The notes under the pieces were generated by a model that did no database searches, had not been told where the DNA came from, and saw nothing but the letters and a program-made list of their open reading frames with translations. DNA of 64,000 nucleotides from an uncultured Gemmatimonadales bacterium. Its GTDB lineage: Bacteria; Gemmatimonadota; Gemmatimonadetes; Gemmatimonadales; GWC2-71-9. The translations under genes were made by a program, and so were the position numbers. The stretch lies in the NCBI GenBank assembly GCA_963748815.1, contig CAVVKJ010000008.1:1-64000 (forward strand), written 5' to 3'. Positions 47,252 to 54,335 of the stretch are shown one piece after another; the first letter of the stretch is position 1; each line of letters begins with the position of its first letter.

Positions 47252-48034
47252 CTATTGCTGACTCCAGTAACAGTCGCCAGGAAAGATGGGGCGTACGATG
47301 CCGAACCACTTTCCGCCGGAAAGCTCGAATGCTCTCGTATGAGCTTCCGGGGCGTACCTGTCTAGGTACTCGCGGACTTGGTTTGTGGTGAAAGGTAGGT
47401 GGTAGCGCCCAGTGGCATCGCGATATGACCCGCGTGTGGCTAGAGTGGGCCAATCGACTGGCCATGGGGTAGTGGTCCCCGCGGACGAGAAGGCATCGAG
47501 TACAATCTCGAATTGGGTCGGGTGCCATGGGACCGCACCGGGATGCCGAAAGTCGAGAAGCCTCCGAGCCGCGTTGACGAAGGCCCTCGGCGTGCGTGGC
47601 TGAACACCGGCACTATTGGGCTTGAAGAGCCGGGCAGTCGAGTCGAGCAAGCCTTCGAGTGAAACACTTTTGCCTTGCTTCCCATTCCACGCCCAGACGG
47701 CATAACTTGGCGGTTCATAGTTGGCGGGCAGGTTGCTGTACCAATCACTGAGCTCGAAGAAGCTTGGTGACAGGGCCAAGGAGTCGAGGAGGTTGGAATA
47801 TTCCGATGATGACAGCGCGATCGTTGCATAGACTGGTGCCTCATCACGGTCCTGAATGCTATAGATGACGGTCCCATCCTCGTAGAGCACGGTCTGGGGC
47901 GCCGATGCCCACCAGATCGGGCTGGTATCGAAGGCCGGATAGACGAACAAGGCCACCACCGGCTGGATGACGGCAGTATCGGTCTGGGGCGCGGCTCCTA
48001 GGCCAGCGAGAGTGATTGTCATCAGTAGGGACAT
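47252..48034 (-). CDS. hypothetical secreted protein
   Basis: Signal peptide; P..VLYEDGTVIY motif. Confidence 0.72.
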   Translation of the reverse strand: MSLLMTITLAGLGAAPQTDTAVIQPVVALFVYPAFDTSPIWWASAPQTVLYEDGTVIYSIQDRDEAPVYATIALSSSEYSNLLDSLALSPSFFELSDWYSNLPANYEPPSYAVWAWNGKQGKSVSLEGLLDSTARLFKPNSAGVQPRTPRAFVNAARRLLDFRHPGAVPWHPTQFEIVLDAFSSAGTTTPWPVDWPTLATRGSYRDATGRYHLPFTTNQVREYLDRYAPEAHTRAFELSGGKWFGIVRPIFPGDCYWSQQ

Positions 48035-48045
48035 TGAGCGGCTCT

Positions 48046-48173
48046 GCCTAACGAATGGCGCATCAGCTGCGAGGGCGCGTGCGGCAGCCGCCGCGCGACC
48101 TCGGATTTAGTATAAAGCGGGGCGGCTGCCGCAGATAGAGCGCGCCCTCGACAGCTGCATGCGCTGGTTAGAT
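48046..48173 (-). repeat. attC
   Basis: Full-length family repeat. Confidence 0.93.
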
Positions 48174-48195
48174 GGCGCTGGACCAACATCCGTAC

Positions 48196-48648
48196 CTAGG
48201 TGGGTTCGGTTCGAAGGATGACTTCTAGAGTGCCGAGCGATGTGGCGAGCAGCACTTCTTGGGAAGATGGGCTCACCTTGGCATTCTCTGACCGGCTCCA
48301 GAGGTCGCGGGCTTCCGGACTTATGAGAGGCGATGCTAGCGAAGCTTCCGCGCGAGCGCCAAAGTCGGGACCCGCCTCCAATCGAACCACACCTACGGCA
48401 TCACATCGGCTCAACGGCACCTTGTAGTCCATCGGGAACATCTCTTGACCCTCGGCGAAGCTTCGCTCGATCGCAGCGCGGTTTGTCCTAGCGACGCCAT
48501 GCTGGTCGGTGAGACCGACTAGGGTGCCGAAATAGTATCGGCCGCTGCAGTGAACGTCGAGGGCGACCAGCAGGTCGCTAATCAGGCCTGGGGAACCGGC
48601 AGGGCACTCGACTCTCACGATGAGGGCGTCGGGCAGAGCGAGTGCCAA
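48196..48648 (-). CDS. hypothetical protein
   Basis: GGAG RBS + TTG start; fills the cassette. Confidence 0.65.
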   Translation of the reverse strand: MALALPDALIVRVECPAGSPGLISDLLVALDVHCSGRYYFGTLVGLTDQHGVARTNRAAIERSFAEGQEMFPMDYKVPLSRCDAVGVVRLEAGPDFGARAEASLASPLISPEARDLWSRSENAKVSPSSQEVLLATSLGTLEVILRTEPT

Positions 48649-48671
48649 AATATCTCCGAGGTTTGTGCGCC

Positions 48672-48799
48672 ATCTAACGAATGGCGCATCAGCTGCGAGG
48701 GCGCTCGCGGCAGCCGCCGCGCGACCTCGTCAACAGTATTAGGCGCGGCGGCTGCCGCCGCAAGAGGGCGCCCTCGACAGCTGCATGCGCTGGTTAGGC
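48672..48799 (-). repeat. attC
   Basis: Full-length family repeat. Confidence 0.93.
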
Positions 48800-49096
48800 G
48801 CCTTCCGGCGCCTCGGGCTCAGTGGCCAATTGGGCACTGTGCCATACGCCCACAACCCAAACGGTGGTGCCCTGGACTCGGTAGAAAAACCGATAGGGTC
48901 GGACGATTACCTCGCGGTAGGGCAGGCCACGAAACTCGGGAATGCGCCGTCCTGACTCGGGGAACTTCTCCAGCCGACCCAGCGCCTTGAGTGCCCGAGT
49001 GTGAAAGCGACGCGCGGCCGTGGGGCGATCGGCGAGAATGTAGGCGATGACGTCGAGGAACTGCCGGTCGCCCGACGGGGTGAAGCGCACCTTCAC
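48794..49096 (-). CDS. RelE/ParE family toxin
   Basis: VRFTPS..LEKFPESGRRIPEF..PYRFFYRV..VWH. Confidence 0.9.
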   Translation of the reverse strand: MKVRFTPSGDRQFLDVIAYILADRPTAARRFHTRALKALGRLEKFPESGRRIPEFRGLPYREVIVRPYRFFYRVQGTTVWVVGVWHSAQLATEPEAPEGA

Positions 49097-49374
49097 GCGT
49101 TGGCGTCCCGCAGCATCTGCTCGGCCTCGGCAAAGACGGCCGCGAGCTCACGGCCCTTACCCTTTGCGATCTCACGCTCTCCAGTTGCGAGGATACGAAG
49201 AATCTCGCGCTCCCGCTCACCCAACTCGTAGGCTTCCATGCTGAGCATGACAGCGGCGGCCCGGCCACGCTGGGTGATAACCACGGGCTCACGGGACCGG
49301 CGGACGCGATCGAGCGCACCGGCCGCATCCTGGCGGAGGTCGGTAATCGGAATGATGTCGGGCATCTTGGGCAT
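49093..49374 (-). CDS. Phd/YefM family antitoxin
   Basis: IIPITDLRQDA..PVVITQRGRAAAVMLS..YE. Confidence 0.92.
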   Translation of the reverse strand: MPKMPDIIPITDLRQDAAGALDRVRRSREPVVITQRGRAAAVMLSMEAYELGEREREILRILATGEREIAKGKGRELAAVFAEAEQMLRDANA

Positions 49375-49385
49375 GGCGGAGGCAC

Positions 49386-49432
49386 CTGTTAGATGTACGT
49401 CTAACAGTACTATGCGACGATCGGGAGCGCAA
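49386..49432 (-). promoter_or_regulatory. phd operon promoter and operator
   Basis: TTGCGC-17-TACTGT; CTGTTAGA-N6-TCTAACAG palindrome at 49386-49407. Confidence 0.7.
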
Positions 49433-49480
49433 GAAGGAAGGTGGGGAAGCCCGGACGGGTTGGGGACTGGACGGAAGTGC

Positions 49481-49608
49481 GCCTAACGAATGGCGCATCA
49501 GCTGCGAGGGCGCTCGCGGCAGCCGCCGCGCATCCTCGCAGTCAGTATACAGCGCGGCGGCTGCCGCAGATAGAGCGCGCCCTCGTCAGCTGCATGCGCT
49601 GGTTAGGC
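49481..49608 (-). repeat. attC (first cassette)
   Basis: Full-length family repeat. Confidence 0.93.
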
Positions 49609-49627
49609 AGCGACATGCGTCAATTCT

Positions 49628-50176
49628 TTATCGTTCAGCAATCATGGTTTCCATCAAGCGCGCGCCGGCCGGCCGGGACAACTCATGGCTCACCGAGTAT
49701 CCCTGCCATCGCAGGCGCCCCCGCCTGTCGATCAAATATCCGGTGGGCAAGCCTGTTACGACATAGTTCGTCCGAAAGATCTCATTCTGGTCCATCGCGA
49801 CAATTCCACCTGGGCCGCCAAACTTTTCGACAAATGCTCTCACCGCCGTGCTATCGGCGAGCTCTTCCAACGCAACATGAACAACCTTGACCCCGCGGCC
49901 TCGCAATGTGTTTGCGACACTGTCCAACGCGGGCATCGAGTACTTGCAGTTCTCGCACGACCGAGCCCAAGCCTCCAATACTAGCACCTGGCCAGCGAAG
50001 CTCTGGAGGGTAAGAGTGTCGTGAGGAGAAGCCAGGTCAACAAGGGTGAACGATGGTGCTGCCATCTCGATATCCAACGGGTTCGCATCCTGGTGACGCC
50101 GAAACTCGAGATAGGTAACGGTTGCCCCAACGAGGAGGACCGTGAATAGGAGGGGCGAGGGACGACGGATAAGCAC
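49628..50176 (-). CDS. TlpA-family thioredoxin-like disulfide reductase (first cassette)
   Basis: N-terminal TM; APSFTL..WARSCENC..MP..GLPTGYLIDRRG. Confidence 0.88.
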   Translation of the reverse strand: MLIRRPSPLLFTVLLVGATVTYLEFRRHQDANPLDIEMAAPSFTLVDLASPHDTLTLQSFAGQVLVLEAWARSCENCKYSMPALDSVANTLRGRGVKVVHVALEELADSTAVRAFVEKFGGPGGIVAMDQNEIFRTNYVVTGLPTGYLIDRRGRLRWQGYSVSHELSRPAGARLMETMIAER

Positions 50177-50189
50177 CTCCGTGGCGTCT

Positions 50190-50252
50190 GCCTAACGTGA
50201 ATTCGGCGGCGGAGGGGTACCTCCGCCTCATCTCCAGTCTATATCCCGCAGC
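50190..50252 (-). other. putative attI site (crossover G/TTAGGC at 50196/50195)
   Basis: Only cassette junction with GTTRRRY but no attC arm; lies between the intI stop and the first cassette. Confidence 0.75.
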
Positions 50253-50264
50253 CTAATCCGGAAA
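50236..50264 (-). promoter_or_regulatory. candidate cassette promoter Pc
   Basis: TTTCCG-17-TAGACT straddling the intI stop codon, pointing into the array. Confidence 0.4.
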
Positions 50265-51281
50265 GACCGCGGGGCGGGGCAGGGCCCCCGCGAGCCGGTC
50301 CGCTGGGCTCCTCACGCCACGGCCCCCCTTCAACAGCACATGGGTGTAGATCATCGTCGTACTGACGTCCCGGTGGCCCAACAACTCTTGGACTGTCCGG
50401 ATGTCCGAACCCGATTCCAGGAGGTGAGTGGCGAACGAGTGCCGAAAGGTATGGCAACTCGCCTTCTTCCCCACCCCCGACGCCCGGACCGCCTCGGCCA
50501 CGGCCCGCTGCACCGCGGAGGGATGGAGGTGGTGCCGGCGCAGCTCCCCGGTGGATGGATCGGCGTACTGCTGCCGAGCCGGGAAGATCCACTGCCAGGG
50601 CCAGCTTCGGTCCGCCCTCGGGTACTTCTGCGCCAGCGCCCCCGGCAGAACGACCGAGCCGGTCCCCATTCGCAACGCGTTGTCATGCAATGTTTTGACT
50701 CGGGTCAGATGGTCGGCGAGCAGACCCGCCGCCGATTCCGGTAACACCGTCAGCCGGTCCTTCTGCCCTTTCCCCCTCCGGATCCTGATCTCGTATCGCA
50801 CCAGATCCACGTCCTTCACCCGCAACTCCAGGCACTCCATCAGCCGCATGCCGCTCCCATACAACAGCAGCCCGATGAGATGATAGACCCCCCGTAGTTC
50901 CGCCAGGACCCGCACCACCTCCGACACATCCAGCACCACCGGGATTCGCGTCGGCCCCCTCGCCCTCGGCACCAGGTTCCCCAGCCGGAGCGGCCGCCCC
51001 AGCACCTCCCGGTACAGAAAGACCAGCGCGGCCTGCGCCTGCACCTGTGTCGAAATCGCAACCCGCCGCTCCTCGGCGAGCCAGGTCAGGAACGCCGCCA
51101 CCTCCCGCTCCCCCATCTCCGCAGGGTTCCGCAGCCGATGGAATCGCACGAATCGAATCACCCATCCCCGATATGCCTGCGCCGTCCGCAGGCTATACCG
51201 GCCCAGGCGCAGCTTAGACTGCAGTCTCTGCAGTAGTCCCGTATTCGACTGCGACTCTCGGCCCGGATTGGAAACAGTCAT
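50253..51281 (-). CDS. intI: integron integrase
   Basis: Tyrosine recombinase residues (GMR..E, GKG.KDR, HTFRHSFATH, LLGH, TTMIY) plus integron-specific patch LPGALAQKYP..W.WQWIFP..DP..RRHHL. Confidence 0.98.
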   Translation of the reverse strand: MTVSNPGRESQSNTGLLQRLQSKLRLGRYSLRTAQAYRGWVIRFVRFHRLRNPAEMGEREVAAFLTWLAEERRVAISTQVQAQAALVFLYREVLGRPLRLGNLVPRARGPTRIPVVLDVSEVVRVLAELRGVYHLIGLLLYGSGMRLMECLELRVKDVDLVRYEIRIRRGKGQKDRLTVLPESAAGLLADHLTRVKTLHDNALRMGTGSVVLPGALAQKYPRADRSWPWQWIFPARQQYADPSTGELRRHHLHPSAVQRAVAEAVRASGVGKKASCHTFRHSFATHLLESGSDIRTVQELLGHRDVSTTMIYTHVLLKGGRGVRSPADRLAGALPRPAVFPD

Positions 51282-51348
51282 CCCCCACCCTAATGGCTGG
51301 GGGATACATGCCCGTCACCGAAAAAGCGCGCGACACCCTCCAGACGTT

Positions 51349-51388
51349 CCCCCTCTCCACATGGTGGAGAGGGGGACAGGGGGTGAGG
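51349..51388. repeat. REP-like palindrome type A
   Basis: CCCCCTCTCCAC-atg-GTGGAGAGGGGG-acagggggtgagg; second copy at 52010. Confidence 0.75.
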
Positions 51389-51421
51389 CGGATGAAGGGT
51401 GGGGAAGCAGGACTACAAACA

Positions 51422-51450
51422 TGGACCCCGGCTTTCGCCGGGGTGACGGC
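51422..51450. repeat. REP-like palindrome type B
   Basis: tggaCCCCGGCtttcGCCGGGGtgacggc; copies at 52163 and 58790. Confidence 0.75.
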
Positions 51451-51675
51451 CAAGGCGTCGCTTCAGCGACATCAGCCGAGCCGCGGCTTGAGCCACGACT
51501 CCGGGCCCCAGCGCCCCCGTCCGCAACGCACTCAATCATCCGATTGTCAATCTTGCGAGCGATTGTCCGGGTCGTGCGGCGGGATACGTTTCCGCTGTAA
51601 AGCAAGCACGCTCCGTGCGCTCGTTTCGGCTGTGCCGTTCTTTGTCAGGGCCCCCCAGGGCCCGAGGAGTTCCGT

Positions 51676-51993
51676 ATGTCGTTCCGGTCTGTTGTCTCCC
51701 TCGCCGCCATGCTGAGCATCGTCCCGCTCGCCCTGGCCGCCCAACAGTCCGTCGCCCCGGTCGGTGCGCCCGCAGCCGTGGAAGCTCCAGTATCCACTCC
51801 CGCCGTCGTCACCCCGGGCCCGTCGGTGCCGCAGCCGCAGTACTCGCCCCTCTTCCAGGTCGGCGACACCACATCCATGCAGACGTCGCTCGACAACGCG
51901 AGCATGGCGTCGGGCGGCTCCAATCATACCATCGTGATCTCGACCCTGGTCCTGGTGCTCGCCGTCGTGATCCTGGTACTGCTGATCTCTTGA
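51676..51993 (+). CDS. small exported protein with C-terminal TM
   Basis: GAGGAG RBS; signal peptide; Pro/Ala-rich; terminal hydrophobic helix. Confidence 0.78.
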   Translation: MSFRSVVSLAAMLSIVPLALAAQQSVAPVGAPAAVEAPVSTPAVVTPGPSVPQPQYSPLFQVGDTTSMQTSLDNASMASGGSNHTIVISTLVLVLAVVILVLLIS

Positions 51994-52009
51994 TCGGAGG
52001 CGTGGCGTC

Positions 52010-52049
52010 CCCCCTCTCCATATCATGGAGAGGGGGACAGGGGGTGAGG
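52010..52049. repeat. REP-like palindrome type A
   Basis: CCCCCTCTCCAT-atc-ATGGAGAGGGGG-acagggggtgagg. Confidence 0.75.
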
Positions 52050-52072
52050 TGAGACAGCGGGGAAGGAAGAGA

Positions 52073-52148
52073 AACACGGAAGCACGGAATGAAAAAGAAG
52101 CGCGGAGGTCCCTCCGCGCTTCCTTCATTTCCGCGTTTCCCGCGTGTC
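52073..52148. other. long imperfect hairpin between convergent genes (possible terminator)
   Basis: gaagcgcggagg-tc-cctccgcgcttc core with extended pairing. Confidence 0.5.
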
Positions 52149-52162
52149 GTGCGCCAATCCAC

Positions 52163-52191
52163 TGGACCCCCGCTTTCGCGGGGGTGACGGC
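52163..52191. repeat. REP-like palindrome type B
   Basis: tggaCCCCCGCtttcGCGGGGGtgacggc. Confidence 0.75.
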
Positions 52192-52204
52192 CAATTCAAC
52201 TTCG

Positions 52205-52243
52205 GCCCCGCTGCCCCGCTGCCCCGCTGCCCCGCTGCCCCGC
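52205..52243. repeat. 8-bp tandem repeat (GCCCCGCT)n
   Basis: About 5 units; reverse-complement arrays at ~55506-55538 and ~58731-58763. Confidence 0.75.
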
Positions 52244-52249
52244 CGACGC

Positions 52250-54289
52250 CTACGGAGTCACCGGCCTCGGCTCCAGCTGCGCCGCCCAGAGCCCGCTGTT
52301 GAAGTCGGTAAAGAGGATGTACCCCTTCCACGGCATCGCGTTCATCACGAACGCCGCGTTCGCCGTGTAGCCGTCCGGATCAAACGGCTTGTACACCGCG
52401 ATCTCCCGGCGCTGGTCCGCCAGGTTCCCCACCAGCTCGCCGCTCACGTCCACCACCCGGAGCCCGCCGTCATAGTACGCCTGGTACATGACGTCGTCCT
52501 CGACGATGATGTCGTGCGAGCCGAACTCCTCCTGGTGGTACTTGGCGATGTTCTGCGGATGCCTGGGGTCGGTGAAGTCGACGATGTGCGTGTAGCCCGC
52601 CGCCGTCTGCGGCGGCCCCCCCTTGGCGTTGAGGTTGTTGAGGTAGCTGGTCCCCTCCCACGCCTTCCCCTGGCGCGACATCACCTCGTCCCCCAGGAAG
52701 AGGTACACCTTGCCGGTCGATGCCTGCACATACGGATAGATCTCGTGCGTCGCCCCGCTGGTGGTCTTGTAGGTGCCGATCAGCACCGGCTTCTCGATCG
52801 TGCCGCCGTACGCGCCGTTCCCCACATCCACCGCCACCACGCCCGTCCCCCACTCGGAGGAGTAGGCGATCCCGTTCCGCACCCAGACGTCGTGGACCCG
52901 GCTGTCGGGATGGTCGTATTCGCTGACGTACTTCGGGTGGTAGATGTCGCGCACGTCCACGATGACGTACTTGTCACCCCCCGAAATCGCGAAGAGATAG
53001 TCGTTCATCGCGTAGATGTTGTGCACCCCGCCGGTCAGCTGCTCCGAGAACGTCGCCGACACCGTCGGGTGCGCCGGCGTCGCGAGGTCGAGGAGCACGA
53101 TGCCGTTCACCCGGTTCGACGCCCCCTCCCGCGAGAGCACCCCGTAGCGCCCGTCGGGCGACACCGTCACGTCGTTGATGGTCCGGGCGTTCACCTGGAT
53201 CGAGTCGGTCTTGACCGGGTTCGCCATGTCGGTGATGTCCATGACGTACGCCCAGCCGTCGCCGCCCCAGGTGCCGACCAGCGCATAGTCCCGCCCGTCC
53301 GCCCCCGTCCACGGCCAGAAGTCCGAGGTGTGGACATGCGTGATCGATCCCCGGCCCGCCACGTTGATGCGCCGCCGCACCTGCCTCGGCTGGACCTCCA
53401 CCACCTGCCGTGCGGACGCCGTCCCCGCCGACGCCAGCAGCGTGTACCGCCCCGGCACCTCCGCGGCGAAGAGCCCGCGATCGATGACGCCCGTCGCGCC
53501 CGGCGCCGCCACCGTGTCGTCCGGCGTGTACAGGTAGCTCCAGGTGATCGGCACGTCCGGCACGACGCTGCCGTTGGCGCGCGTCGCCCTGGCCGTCAGG
53601 TGCAGCACGTCCCCGGTCCGCACCGTCGTCTGCGCCAGCTGAATCGCCAGGTGGGTGACGGGGTTCGGCACGACCGTGTAGGTGAGCAGCTCGGTGACGC
53701 CATCGGCGGTCGCCGAGATCGTCGCCTTCCCCTTGGCCTGGCCGGTGACGTTGCCGAAGCGGTCCACGCTCGCCACCGCCTCGTTGGAGCTGCTCCACCG
53801 CCAGGCGACCGCGCCCGAGGGACGCGTCGATCCGTCGGCGTGCAACGCCTCCGCCTGGTGCGCCAGCGTGACGCCGACATACAGCGTGCCCGTTTCGGGG
53901 AGGATCACGACCTGGGAGACCGCCGGCCAGGTCACCGTGACGGGTACGGTGATCGTGATCGACCGCACGCTGGTGTCCGCGGGCACGGTCGAGAGGACGA
54001 TCTCATACTTCCCCGCCTGGATTCCCTTCACGCCGTCCCGGGTCATCTGGATCCCACCCCGCGCGCCGCTGGCCCGGATCGAGGGATTCTCCACCACCAG
54101 CCCCTGCGCGTCGTAGGCGGTGAGCTTCACCGCGACCGTCTGGCCGGCCTGCATCGACAGGCTCGAGGGCTCCGCCACCAGCCGGGTGACGGGATGCGCC
54201 GCATCCTGCGCCGCCAGCACGGGAACGCCGCACAGGAGCGCCAGCACGCCGGCGACCCTGACGGTGCGCCCGATCGAGATTACGTTCAT
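52250..54289 (-). CDS. secreted Ig-like (Big_2) + LVIVD-repeat protein
   Basis: Signal peptide; WSSSNEAVASVD..G; repeated Y..D.TD..P / GLRVVDV motifs. Confidence 0.88.
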   Translation of the reverse strand: MNVISIGRTVRVAGVLALLCGVPVLAAQDAAHPVTRLVAEPSSLSMQAGQTVAVKLTAYDAQGLVVENPSIRASGARGGIQMTRDGVKGIQAGKYEIVLSTVPADTSVRSITITVPVTVTWPAVSQVVILPETGTLYVGVTLAHQAEALHADGSTRPSGAVAWRWSSSNEAVASVDRFGNVTGQAKGKATISATADGVTELLTYTVVPNPVTHLAIQLAQTTVRTGDVLHLTARATRANGSVVPDVPITWSYLYTPDDTVAAPGATGVIDRGLFAAEVPGRYTLLASAGTASARQVVEVQPRQVRRRINVAGRGSITHVHTSDFWPWTGADGRDYALVGTWGGDGWAYVMDITDMANPVKTDSIQVNARTINDVTVSPDGRYGVLSREGASNRVNGIVLLDLATPAHPTVSATFSEQLTGGVHNIYAMNDYLFAISGGDKYVIVDVRDIYHPKYVSEYDHPDSRVHDVWVRNGIAYSSEWGTGVVAVDVGNGAYGGTIEKPVLIGTYKTTSGATHEIYPYVQASTGKVYLFLGDEVMSRQGKAWEGTSYLNNLNAKGGPPQTAAGYTHIVDFTDPRHPQNIAKYHQEEFGSHDIIVEDDVMYQAYYDGGLRVVDVSGELVGNLADQRREIAVYKPFDPDGYTANAAFVMNAMPWKGYILFTDFNSGLWAAQLEPRPVTP

Positions 54290-54335
54290 TGAAGAGTCCC
54301 TCGGCATTGGTCTGATGAGACAAGGCGTCCTATAT

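Larger units (their letters stand above)
6124..51281 (-). mobile_element. chromosomal superintegron (intI + attI + ~50 cassettes), integrase co-oriented with the array
   Basis: IntI with integron-specific insertion; 52 attC-family repeats separating mostly single, minus-strand ORFs. Confidence 0.96.

Noticed and set aside
6124..49608. CRISPR array or MITE interpretation of the ~128-bp repeat
   Set aside because: Repeats are separated by gene-sized units, have RYYYAAC/GTTRRRY ends and L-box asymmetry, and sit next to IntI; no cas genes or target-site duplications
7393..49890. Many + strand ORFs containing LTNGASAARALAAAAARP / MRWLG / NEWRISCEG peptides
   Set aside because: These are translations of the attC repeat and antisense shadows of real genes
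51282..51348. LexA (SOS) box upstream of intI
   Set aside because: No CTGT-N8-ACAG or GAAC-N4-GTTC motif seen; the host LexA motif is unknown, so SOS control can be neither claimed nor excluded
52025..54292. 755-aa + strand ORF
   Set aside because: Antisense shadow of the LVIVD gene; Arg/His-rich with no domain signal
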